DNA from: Sporopachydermia quercuum
Lineage: Eukaryota
Direction of reading: 5' to 3'
DNA: 64,000 nt
NCBI GenBank assembly: GCA_001599295.1
Contig: BCGN01000003.1
Coordinates: 1,116,001 to 1,180,000 of the forward strand
Each line of letters starts with the position of its first letter. The first letter of the stretch is position 1. The notes under the pieces are model-generated. The model saw only the letters and a list, made by a program, of their open reading frames with translations. It ran no database searches and was not told where the DNA came from. The position numbers and the translations under genes were made by a program. Below are positions 21,444-32,871 of the stretch, piece after piece.

Positions 21444-24377
21444 TATTAATAACAATTATTGATGTATTCTTTCAATTGAAATCAACAATTTAGTATTCCT
21501 AGAGTTCCACGAGAATTTGATTCACAATTTTGTTAGGAATTGAAAGTCTCATGTTGAAATATTCATGTATTGGCAAGCAGGTCAAAGTATGAGAATCAAA
21601 GAGACCTCATATGGGACTATAGTAGTTTTTGGATTATGTTATCAGGCACATTTGCTAGTAATAGAACAAGAATATACATTAAATGACAACCAAACCAACG
21701 GTAGTTATTAAAAGAGTATTATGGTAAGATTATCGGTAACAGCAAATAGCTTATCAAAGGATATAACCTACATTCTCCATTTCAGTAGCTTGTATGATTA
21801 TTTGTGCTATACTCAAAAAAAGCATAATCATAATCACCATTGGATGTTTGAATGCATGACTGTGCAGTATTAATGCATAAACAACCTTAACAAGCCTTAT
21901 TCTCTTCCCGTTTATTGATTTAATTTTCAACAAAGTACTTTATCAAAGAGACAATATTGTCAAACAAAAGGAAACTGAATTCAAATGTTCAGATATAATT
22001 CAATTTATTATTCCAAGCAGTACTTTTGAAATAATTAGGCATTTTAAGTGAGCCGCTAAGTAAGTATATAATTCTGCCCTAACTGGGCATGAGATAAAGT
22101 TTAAGAGGATCTTCTCTGCAAAGTTTATCTGTTCTGGGAGGCTTCTTATCTATATATTTCTCACTAATGTATTAATCGGAACGTGATAAATGAACGTTGG
22201 GAGATAAGTTTGTATTATATTGATTCCACATTGGTATTTTTTGCGCTGTCATTGACTGACAAATCTGTTGACATTCTAGGTTAAGAACGGAGTAAGATTA
22301 CTGCTTTTTCTCTCTCTAGATCTAAGAGAAATTTTCACCAAGATCTACTCAATAAACTTTTAAGAACTATCAGATCATAAATTCAAGTTGAAAGAATCGG
22401 CCGTATCAGTCTGTACAGTTTGTAATCAGAAATAAGTAAGAAAAGGGTTTTGTCATTTAGTTGTATCGTATATCCTACTGTTCCTGGGCCCAGTACAGAG
22501 CAATTCACCTTTCAATTACGACACCATCATTCAGAAGTTTTACATTTAAGGTTAGCTTAGAGAGAATTACAACGTATTGCTATATATAACAGTGATTTCG
22601 TAAAATATATATTCTCAGACCATTAAAGTGGTGTTTAGCTTCTCTTACAAGAAAATCTTCAACCTGATCAAAGTAAAGAAGAAATCAGCTAATGATTATG
22701 TAACCCTCTGAAGTGACAATCGAACAAACCCCAACATTTGTCCGATAACAGATACTACGTTCTTCTCTTTGTTTGTAAATTCAAGCTGAAATCCCACATA
22801 TCGTCGGACACGGACCACTCTCATCCTACAATGCTTTTAAATACTAGGGATTTCATTGAATGCCGATGCCGAAAATAAAAGATGAATATGTAATTTTATA
22901 TTTGAAGCTAAAAAGATATTGGTCTACTATTATGCGTTCAAATATTATCACTAAGAACAGAAAACTTGCAGCCTATATATAGCTTACTTGTTTCGTACAT
23001 TGCTTGTCAGCCTCATTGTTTACAATATGGGGTTAAAGTATGGTGAAGGCGTACGGGTGATTTAGGTACTGACGGTTTTTTCTATTATTATAACAAACTT
23101 CAATGATAAATATGAAAACAAATATAACTACATTACTGATAATTTGTAAGACATGTCTTCATTTTAAAAATTATGGAATCATAGCTTTTATCATGATTCT
23201 ATTTTCCGTGACCCATTGAAAGCGCAAGCTGATTCAATGACCTGATTTCTAAGTTATGAAAGTGCGTTGGACCAGATGCCTCCGGTCTTGGATCTTGGAC
23301 TCACTGTACTATAACTGCCATAGACAAAGACATAATAAATACAAGATTTCGGCTGTAAAAAACCATAATACTTACAAAACGATCATCCTGTTCCTAGGCG
23401 ATTATTTTCCTATAGGTATTAATTCCATCTAGACACTCTTAAAAATCCGGAAAGTATATCCCGGTCTCATTCTGCCATCCCAAACTCTTTATCTTCTTTT
23501 CAAGTTACACTGACCAGATTGCTGTCTCACTATTTGGATTAGTTTTAAGATATCTTATACTATCATTTCTTGTATTTGTTTAACCAATTCCTAAAATTCA
23601 ACATTTTCTCTTCCTGTCTCTGCTATTTCTATCTACTTCAACGTATATCTTCAGTTCTTCCTTCTCATACCTAACTTACTCATCTGAAGTGCTGAATGTT
23701 TATGCTTCCATCTGTTTTGCCCTTCTTCTTCTGTGGTGATTTTATGAATAAACGACTATATCCTTAGACTGCTTGAACTATTTTTAAAGTATTTCTTTTC
23801 TTAAGTTGCAATCAGAGCTGGTTTCTATATTCTCAACTTTATAGATAATCTTTCTTTCTTTTTCTTATTACTGCTATCACATTCAAATTCACACTCATCT
23901 GCCGCTTGCCCGTTCGGGAAACCAATCTATTACATTGCAAGATTTAATCCTTTTAGTATCAAGAATAGCAGTTACTTACTCAACAAACATCCTGCGGGAT
24001 CGTCCAATAAATTGACATTTGACTACACTCGACCACCGGAGATAAAGAAATATTCTTCACGTATTCAGTTTATGAACACACTGATACTGGCAAGGGTTCA
24101 TCAATTTTTGTTTCCTTTCCCGTTGATCTCAAATCACTAAGAGAGGGTCTTAATACTGTCTTCTCTATCACAACCGTCAATCAAATTTTTAGTTTTGTGT
24201 CATAAACTAAAAATCAATCACAGAACACAAAACTTGAATAAACTACAAATTTCAGATATATGAATTATTCTCCTCGTTTGACGATAGCAACTGTTTGTGG
24301 AATATTCCTTTCTGTCTGGAGTATCAACCAGTTGATATTTAAAAGTGCGGGGTAGGTTGATTTGAACGCTGAGAGCC

Positions 24378-25928
24378 ATGGAAGAATCATATCATGCTCT
24401 TGCAAATCGAGCATTGGAGTTTCTGGAGCAGTCAAATAGTTATAGAGTGGTAATTCTGATCGGGGGTACTCCAGGTTCAGGGAAAACAACAGTTGCAGGA
24501 AAGGTATGCGAAATACTGAACGAGAAATACAATACAGAACATGGTATCAGCGTAAGAGAAGCCGAGAAGCTACGAGAGAAACAAAAAGCGGAGGAAAGTA
24601 AGAAAAAGAAAAGTAACGTTCACCTAGACAACCCGTTTCATACGCCAGCTCAGAAAAGGCATTCTTCAGACAATGTGTTTTATAAAACGAGTGGTAATAA
24701 AGAGCTGAGTATTGATGGTATGAAGACATCACAACAACTTACTAATACAGTATCAAAACCCAAGACAGAACTGAGTCAGAAACCATTAATTGCTCAGATT
24801 GAAACATCAACACAGCATATTAGAGATTTAGAATCACATTTCAAAGAAAACAGTTATGAACAGGAAGCCATTGCTAGCTGGCTGCCAGAGAACTCTGTTA
24901 TTCAAGATTTTCTACCAGCAAACCAAACAGTCAATTCTGTAAACGATGCATCACTTAGATTTCCAATATTGAAAGAATTAGAAAATTCTAAAACACTTAA
25001 TAAGTACCTCAATCCAGAAGAATATTTAAAGTCACTTCCTTTTGATGGTATATTCAATGANATTAGTATTAGGTCCACTGAGAAATACGACAAGAACTCG
25101 AATTCAGTTATACCAGAAGCGAGAGATACACATATTGAGAAGCGATATAAAATATCACAACAGTTTGAAGAAGAAATCAATGACAAGCTAAACACTTTAG
25201 ACAAGTATGATATTCCTCAGACGATTTACAGTAACGGTGGAGAATTGACATCTATATCCATTCTTCCTTCTGACTGGAAACCAAAAAGGCTACTTCCCAA
25301 CAATGAAAATCCTCTAGATGAGAATAAGTTCGCTCAAGTCCTGCCTATGGATGGATTCCATTATCCGCGATATGTCTTGGATGTGTTTGAAAATGCATCT
25401 GAGGCGCACAAGAGAAGAGGTGCACCATGGACATTTGATAGCCAACAGGTAGTGATGCTTTTTGATGTTCTGAAGAGAACATGTTTGCCTTTGTCTTCAG
25501 GTCATAGTTTAGACGTTCTTTCGACTCTTCAAAAGGACGAAACTAATATTCCTGCGGTGCTGGCACCTTCCTTCGACCATTCGTTAAAAGATCCATCTAA
25601 GAATGGTATCCTCATTCCATCTACAGTACGTATAGTATTGTTCGAAGGATTATATTTATTGTTAGATAGCATGATTTCACCTTGGTGTCTGATTTCCAAG
25701 TCTTTAATGAACTCCTCTCGATTCACGACTTCGTGGTTTGTTGCTGTTCCTAGAAGAGTTGCAAGAAAAAGAGTCGCCAAACGACATCTTAGATCAGGAA
25801 TATGCTATAGTTTTCATGAAGCAGTTGAAAGATTTGATTACAATGATTTGATCAATGGAAGCTATGCAGTTGGGAACAGTTGTAGTCCAAATGTGATAAT
25901 ATTCAGCGTTGATGAAGCCGAGGATTAG
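24378..25928 (+). CDS. YFH7: P-loop kinase Yfh7 (PRK/URK/PanK-like)
   Basis: YRVVILIGGTPGSGKTT, AQVLPMDGFH, AHKRRGAPWTFDS, FDHSLKDP, EGLYLL, RVAKRHLRSG and NDLING match recalled Yfh7. Confidence 0.88.
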   Translation: MEESYHALANRALEFLEQSNSYRVVILIGGTPGSGKTTVAGKVCEILNEKYNTEHGISVREAEKLREKQKAEESKKKKSNVHLDNPFHTPAQKRHSSDNVFYKTSGNKELSIDGMKTSQQLTNTVSKPKTELSQKPLIAQIETSTQHIRDLESHFKENSYEQEAIASWLPENSVIQDFLPANQTVNSVNDASLRFPILKELENSKTLNKYLNPEEYLKSLPFDGIFNXISIRSTEKYDKNSNSVIPEARDTHIEKRYKISQQFEEEINDKLNTLDKYDIPQTIYSNGGELTSISILPSDWKPKRLLPNNENPLDENKFAQVLPMDGFHYPRYVLDVFENASEAHKRRGAPWTFDSQQVVMLFDVLKRTCLPLSSGHSLDVLSTLQKDETNIPAVLAPSFDHSLKDPSKNGILIPSTVRIVLFEGLYLLLDSMISPWCLISKSLMNSSRFTTSWFVAVPRRVARKRVAKRHLRSGICYSFHEAVERFDYNDLINGSYAVGNSCSPNVIIFSVDEAED

Positions 25929-26392
25929 ATTTGAATGTTTAATGAGAACTGAGCAAGAAAGAAAGAAAGAAAGACAGAAAAGGGAGGGGAAAGAATCATT
26001 AACTTATAAAAATTATGAAGTCGCTATTGGTGAAGACTAACTAATACAATTCCAAAAATGAATTAGTCACTTTCTTGAGCTAACTGAATATCAATCCCAA
26101 AGTTGTGTTCATCGCTTTAATGATGTTGATGCTAGATAGAATGAATGTAAAGCAATCAGATAAATCTATTCAACATGCTTTTCAAGTACAAGTATATATA
26201 ACGTTATGATAATATGAAAAGGTTACATCTAAAATTTTGTTATGTAATCATGCACTATTGAGGTTACTGTGTTGAAGGATTTTTCTATCACAGATATATA
26301 TTAAAATTATATATACAAATTGTAGTTCTACACCATACTATACATTTTGAAAATAGAGGGAAGATCACTCATTTCTATGATACATTCCTTCC

Positions 26393-27733
26393 CTATTCAC
26401 TTAAGCTTTCTTCTTTCAGTATATCAACTAGATGCACTCCTACAACGTCTATTACATCTTTTGCCCATAAAACATCTAAATGAGAATACTGCGGTATCTT
26501 TACAACTCTCACAAGTTTGATATTGGGTTCCGAAAATTTCAATCTACGTTCTAGCTTAAATCCATCAACTAAACTGTCATTCCCTGGCAGAAATAAAGCA
26601 ACTTTTGGTACATCAGAGCCTTGAAATAATAATTCTGGTTCCATCTCAGATGGAAATGCACCTCCTGATTCCCTAAAGCCGTCTTTTCCTAGCCACCACT
26701 GCATGAGTTTTGAACTAGTATAAACAGGAGAAAATAGAAAATGACGACTTCTGAGATTGAGGTCCCATAATGCATCATCCCAATTAAAAAGGTAACTAAA
26801 CATAATATACCCAAAAAATCCATACATTGCGTTCGGCATTAATCTTCTTATCCATAACATATATGGCATAAAAGCTTGAGGTCCCAATAAGGCCATAAAC
26901 CATTGTTTAGGTAGTACGGCTAAAAACTTGATCCATACTTTAGAATAAAGCAATGGACCCCCATATATTGCTGGACTCAAAGCACAGAATACATCAACCT
27001 GCTGTTTTACAGAATCATCGCCATATCGTGAAAATGCAAGAAAAGTTTGTGTGGTACCCTGAGAATGACCTACAATAGATATTTTGCTGTACCTAGTATT
27101 TTTTCCGACATATTTAACCATAGCTGGCACATCATATCTTGCCAAATCATACATATCCCAATCCCAAATTGCGGGATCGTTTCGTTTATATTTAGTATGC
27201 CGAGGTGCAAAGCCTCCTCTGTTATTTCCAAGCCAAACATCAAACCCGTTTGTCATTAAATAGTACATCAAAGATTTGCGACCTGATGTGCAAAATGATG
27301 CACTAGACTGCATTAACCCAGGTATTAGGAGAACTGGTTTCCTTGGCTCTGTGGTGATATTTTCCAAATCATGAGAGGGGATAACATGCTGAACAATAAG
27401 AACAAATCCATCAGGGGTGATGACTTCGTGCTCCTCCACACTGAAGCCCAACAGTTGCAAATAAAACGCTAGATTTGCAGTAAGCTTAGAAGTTGGTTCT
27501 TCACCAACAGATGCACCTTTCAATCTTATTTCCCTGCAAAATCCTATGGAGCACCATCGTATTAGAGCAAAGCACATCAACAGTGTCATAAATAATATGG
27601 AAAAGAAGTACGATGTTACCTTGAATATGTAGTATGTAATGGCGGATCGAGTTGGTGGTGTTGTTTTACCACCAGCTCTTACAAGAGGACTTTCCGAATG
27701 CCAACTTCCCGAAGTTGGTTCTAGGTAAATCAT
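26393..27733 (-). CDS. Steryl ester hydrolase, Yeh1/Yeh2-like alpha/beta hydrolase
   Basis: TPDGFVL, FDVWLGNNRG, GHSQG nucleophile elbow and YSHLDVLWA, plus an N-terminal TM. It is adjacent to IRC25-SDO1-IZH3, as is YEH2 (YLR020C). Confidence 0.88.
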   Translation of the reverse strand: MIYLEPTSGSWHSESPLVRAGGKTTPPTRSAITYYIFKVTSYFFSILFMTLLMCFALIRWCSIGFCREIRLKGASVGEEPTSKLTANLAFYLQLLGFSVEEHEVITPDGFVLIVQHVIPSHDLENITTEPRKPVLLIPGLMQSSASFCTSGRKSLMYYLMTNGFDVWLGNNRGGFAPRHTKYKRNDPAIWDWDMYDLARYDVPAMVKYVGKNTRYSKISIVGHSQGTTQTFLAFSRYGDDSVKQQVDVFCALSPAIYGGPLLYSKVWIKFLAVLPKQWFMALLGPQAFMPYMLWIRRLMPNAMYGFFGYIMFSYLFNWDDALWDLNLRSRHFLFSPVYTSSKLMQWWLGKDGFRESGGAFPSEMEPELLFQGSDVPKVALFLPGNDSLVDGFKLERRLKFSEPNIKLVRVVKIPQYSHLDVLWAKDVIDVVGVHLVDILKEESLSE

Positions 27734-28314
27734 TTCATCAACAATGGAGAAAGGCGTCGCTTATTGTGATAATGCGTTTTATCGTCATAAATGAGGTAGT
27801 TGACTGTGTTTGATACTCATAATGACTGTTCTCAAGAGTTCAGCTTCTAGTAGCTGGTATGAGTCCTAAGTCTTTATAAAAGTACTTTGAATGTTAGTAA
27901 AAGTCAGTTTTTCGTGGTTCCTGAAACCTAGTACTCAAAACTACAATATATCAGAATATTACTCATTGTCCTTTTCAGATAGAAAACTTAAACCAGTCAA
28001 TACCCAGCGTATAAACAGCATTCATATCCCATCATATGTTGGAGAAAATTGATCGGTTTACTCGGCAGCTGCGAATCTACTGAACACAACCAACCATAGA
28101 TGTGTAATGGGACAATTGGTATTTTTTTGATGATTCTGTGATCATTATTAGATCATCAACTGATTGCTATTGTAATCATTAGACGAAACAAATTACAAAT
28201 CCAAATAACTATAATGTGTTATGCAAAGAAATGCAAATATATTTGCTTGTAATAGGTTGTTTTGGGAGTCACTCAACAAGAATGCAAGAAACGTAAAAAA
28301 TAGGGAAATATATC

Positions 28315-28830
28315 ATGGAACGTCACCCTTTGAACATCACAGAAGGTACTACTCCATTTTCGGGCAAGGAGATTCATGTTGAGAAGATAAAATTTACTGA
28401 TAAGCTAATGGTGAATGTTTATATTGATGGTATAATTAATTGCTCTGTAAGTGTTAATGCTAGTCAGATAATGACAAGGTAATAAACGGTTGATCAAACG
28501 TTGTGACCATGTCAGCAGAGCAAAGTAAAAGAAGCGTGGTTAGAGCACACAGTACTAACAACGATGCAGTATGAAATTGGAGCCAATAATTTGAACGTGC
28601 CAGGCTTGGGCTCTAGTACAGGAGCAAATAGATTACTTGGACCACCAACTGATCTGCTACTTGGCACAACCGTCGAACTATTAGCAAAGGCAGCCTTACA
28701 ACATGTATACATAGAGGAGAGAAAGCCGGTTGTCATTTCTACGAATTCGAGGTTTTGGAACGAGGAGGACACCTCAAAATATAGAGAGAAGTTAAATACT
28801 GTGTGCGAACTGATAGAACAATTGAAGTGA
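28315..28830 (+). CDS. IRC25: Proteasome assembly chaperone 3 (Irc25/Poc3), 2 exons, 130 aa
   Basis: Exons 28315-28446 and 28570-28830 (GTAAGT...TACTAAC...CAG). KEIHVEKIKFTDKLMVNVYIDGIINCS/YEI and VVISTNSRFW resemble recalled Irc25. Its position between YEH and SDO1 matches YLR021W. Confidence 0.8.
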
Positions 28831-28969
28831 ATGCGAGGTATAAAAGCATAATTGCTTCCTGAACAAGATTTTAGTTTGTTGTACAATGCTCGTGGCCGAT
28901 CAAATCAAGAGGGCAATCACTAGCCGATAAACTTATTATTAAACTAAGTAACTCTACAGATCAGCAATA

Positions 28970-29803
28970 CTACAGGGCTTTTGTCCCTTCTTCTGCTACT
29001 GCCATACTTATAACTTCAACAGTTGGTCTTGCTTTAGGATTAGCTTGTACCAAATCATTGATATCTTTATACTTCCCTGGGTCAACAAACGCAATACATT
29101 CCCAGGAAGTTCCAGACCAAAAATCATCTTCGATTTCTTCTAACAAAGGCTTGACTTGTGCACTAAATACTTTCGAATCTTTGGAATCACTTGTTACTCT
29201 TAACTTCATCTTTGCTCTAGCAATTGGAATCACCTGTGAACTGATCAAAGACTTGATGGCATCAAGTGCTTGTATCTTTGCAGCTTTAGTTGTAGAGATG
29301 TTAAATTTGATTTCTGCTAATGCTTTGCTAATCATTGATGCAGGATATGGTCTTTTAGTCTTGGGATTGATACATTTAGATGCAATTATTGAGACAACTT
29401 CATTGGTTATCTGACTAGATTTTGCTTGTCTTTCTTTCTCGTTCAACTGAATTTCTCCTTTTGCTAAAATCTCAAGGATAATTTCATCCACATCTGTTGT
29501 TCCGAAAGCTTTCTTGAGATCATCTACTGGCGCCACTTGACCTTTTGATACATTCGTGAATACTTGACTGATTTGCAGTACATCATCTAATTGTTTTTCC
29601 CTGTATATACGTTAGCAGCTTAACCAAATTAACCACATGACAACCTCGTGATCTATATCTTAGCCGTATACTTACACATTGTTTCTCCAATCTTGCACTT
29701 TATTCTGATAACATGCAATTTCAAATCTCTTCTTGCCTTTCTTCATTCTAACTAATGAAACATTAGTTAGTTTGATTTGTGTGTTTGGCTGCTGAATACC
29801 CAT
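28970..29803 (-). CDS. SDO1: Ribosome maturation factor Sdo1/SBDS, 2 exons, 252 aa
   Basis: Exons 29803-29676 and 29600-28970. Reads [40 protein letters not shown]...[20 protein letters not shown]. Confidence 0.97.
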
Positions 29804-30882
29804 TATGAGAAAAAAAAAAGATTCTTTTTACTAATGAAACGAATTCTAATTGATATCCTAATTAATATATAACAGAACCGTATGATTTACCATTNAAATG
29901 ATCTTCCAATCAATTTAACATCATCTCTCATCTATAATCTTAAGTAACATAACAATAAAACTCCATTTGATAAGTTTTTCTTTTGATCAGATCATCTGAT
30001 AAATGATGATATAATCATTTATTTAGGAAATATGATTGCCTATCCTCAATGAGCCAATTACCATTTTAATGCACGTTTAGAAATATTTCGGAAACAATGA
30101 GTAATTAACTGAAGAAAGTGCGTTAGAGAAGTATCTGATATAAATCAAAATTTAAGCCATTTCTCGTACATTTACTGTACCTAAAGCTTTATACAATCAA
30201 AATACAATCTCACCAACACTATATTTCTCAAGCTCTTTAGCCTCCATTTTAGCAATATAATTCCTATTCTCCTATCTTTTCCGAGCTATATGTGAACTCT
30301 ATTAATTATTTGCAACCTTGCATAATTAACTCATAATAACTGATGCTTCTTAATGCACAAAGAACCCCGTTGACAAACCTTAAAATTTGTCAGGGATTTG
30401 GTCAATGCTTGTCCTTTTTATCTTGCCGCAAACTATGATAATAGCCCTATGTAAGTGAATACTCGTTCTCACGTTCAATTTGTTTATGAAATATACATAT
30501 AACACGAGGGTTGTATTCTTTTCCTAAAACTCATAGAATTTTATTGAGATAGCTAGCTATTAAAGGTGTAGAGTGTTTAATCATTTCACTCAAGTACGTC
30601 TGATATACCTATTACTATTTCTTCTCAAGTCCTAGCTTCTTGGGATCAAATCACCACAGGTTCACATATCATAGGTTATTGCTTGATTTATTATCAGCAG
30701 AATCCTAGAAAGCTATTCAACACTTTCTAATAGGAACCCGATTCCAGAAAAGCTAAAAACAGAAGATTCTATCTCAATCACGTTTTGATTGATTTGCATA
30801 ATCTCTGGGTCCTGACTCCCTTCTCATCAAACTCTTTCACTGCATTTCATCTTTTTCCATTTTTATAAATTATCGTATAAAA

Positions 30883-32310
30883 ATGACTGAATGTGAATGT
30901 GAAATTGTGATTGAGGCTTCCGAAGTCTCCCTGGTTCGTCAGAGAGCTATAGAATCGTCTATGGCTGAAGACGTAAGTAATGAACCAGACGAATCAGATA
31001 ATTTAGAAGAACCTACTATTCTCGACAAANTAGACAGCTTTCTTGAAAGTCTTGAACAGAAACTAAACACATTTGAGAACATTTTTGTCTCTAATCATAA
31101 AAATCAATGGGAGCTGGCTACTATGTATAAACATAAGATTGAACATTTAGGAAGTGAATCAATCACTTCAATTCTGAATACTTACGACACTTTGATTTCT
31201 ATTCAAAACCTGTGCAATGAAAGAGGAAGGGCTAAAGCAGAAGATTTGTTACAAGTGTTAGAATCACGGTATGAAAATTTATATAGTTCAGCTATATCAG
31301 CAAGGGAATTTGATTTAAGCAACAAAGTGAAACATGCTCTTAAGTTCGTGGATGATAAGATTAACCAGCTAGAAGCCTCTATGAGAATTATCCATCCCAC
31401 AAAATTGTTAGATTCAGCTATTCAAACATCATTGCAATTAAGTCAAAAACGCCTTTTACACATCTCAGAATTACCTGAACCTTGGCAAGATAATGAGTTT
31501 ATTTATTATGGTTATAGGTTTCATCATGATCCAGTTAAATGTTTTCAATCTATATTCTCGTTCCACAATGAAACGGTCAATATTTGGACTCATTTACTTG
31601 GTGCTATGTATATCATATACCTTGCAGTGGTTGCATTTCCAGCGTCAGATGTTTACAACATGGGCCATATTGTCGATAAAATCGTCCTTTATTCATTTTT
31701 ATTTGCGTCACTGAAATGCTTGCTCTGCTCTTCTACCTGGCATACTCTTCTTTGTATTTCAAAGCTACACGTGAGATCTCGTTGCATATGCGTTGATTAC
31801 TCAGGTATTACTGTGCTGATCACAGCTAGTATTATTACTACTGAATACGCTGGTTTATACGACCATCCTTTAATTAGAGACACTTATATTGCCATATCTC
31901 TTCTGGCTGGATTATATGGGCTAAACATGAACTGGAAACCTCAATTCGATCAGCCACATATGAGGAAACTGAAAATAATTTTTTTTCTTTCCTTGCCACT
32001 ATCAGGAATAGCTGCAGGCATTCATGCCTCTTTTTATCATGGTTTTTTAGTTATGCTGAAATATTATGCCCCTCTTGGCTTCTCTTTTGGTTCTTATTTA
32101 TTAGGGGTAGTTTTCTACGCCTTTCTTATTCCTGAGAGATTCCGTACTGATCATGTAAATAAACCAGAAACTTGGTGGGAATCAGTGAAAAGGTTAGGCT
32201 GGGTAGATTATATTCTTGCTTCTCATAACATCTGGCATGGCTTTGTTTTCCTTGGAATCCTCTGCCATTATATTGCTATTATGGGTATGTTTAGAAAGTT
32301 ATATGTATAA
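30883..32310 (+). CDS. IZH3: PAQR/haemolysin-III family membrane protein Izh3
   Basis: LPEPWQDNEFI..GYRF, HNETVNIWTH, STWHT, VDYSGI, IPERF and SHNIWH, after a long soluble N-terminus. Adjacent to SDO1, as is YLR023C. Confidence 0.87.
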   Translation: MTECECEIVIEASEVSLVRQRAIESSMAEDVSNEPDESDNLEEPTILDKXDSFLESLEQKLNTFENIFVSNHKNQWELATMYKHKIEHLGSESITSILNTYDTLISIQNLCNERGRAKAEDLLQVLESRYENLYSSAISAREFDLSNKVKHALKFVDDKINQLEASMRIIHPTKLLDSAIQTSLQLSQKRLLHISELPEPWQDNEFIYYGYRFHHDPVKCFQSIFSFHNETVNIWTHLLGAMYIIYLAVVAFPASDVYNMGHIVDKIVLYSFLFASLKCLLCSSTWHTLLCISKLHVRSRCICVDYSGITVLITASIITTEYAGLYDHPLIRDTYIAISLLAGLYGLNMNWKPQFDQPHMRKLKIIFFLSLPLSGIAAGIHASFYHGFLVMLKYYAPLGFSFGSYLLGVVFYAFLIPERFRTDHVNKPETWWESVKRLGWVDYILASHNIWHGFVFLGILCHYIAIMGMFRKLYV

Positions 32311-32871
32311 TTTTATGCAAGGAAAAGGAAAGATTGCTGGTACTCTGATGAATGGCAATAGAATTAAACTTGCTCTTATCAAATTATTATTAGGAAAGAA
32401 TGGCTGGTCAAATGTGTGTGCACATGAAAAGTAGATATAGCTGGGAATTGTTTGTTCATACATAAATATAAAATGCAGATTGTATATTTGAGATAATGTA
32501 TTTTCTTTCTAATGTAGAGAATACTGAAAGGGATGAAGAAACAAGAGAAGTAGTGATGAATGAATATGTAATTGATGGAAGTGCAAGTAATCTACGGACC
32601 AAAAACAAAGGAAGAAAGACCAATAGGGGAACACTGAATATGCAACAGCACGAGAATACAATACAAAGTTGCAATTAGAGGCAATCAAGTTGAATAAAGT
32701 GGAAGCATTGGGAAGAGCAACAACAAAAGAAGGTAAAACATATGAAGAGATAATCAAACGCCCCATATACCAAGTAAAATAACATTGAGGCGTTCCTTGC
32801 AGTGTTCATAACTTATCATTTTTATTCAGTTAACATTCAATCTATTACCCACACATGTCAATTTAATTCAA

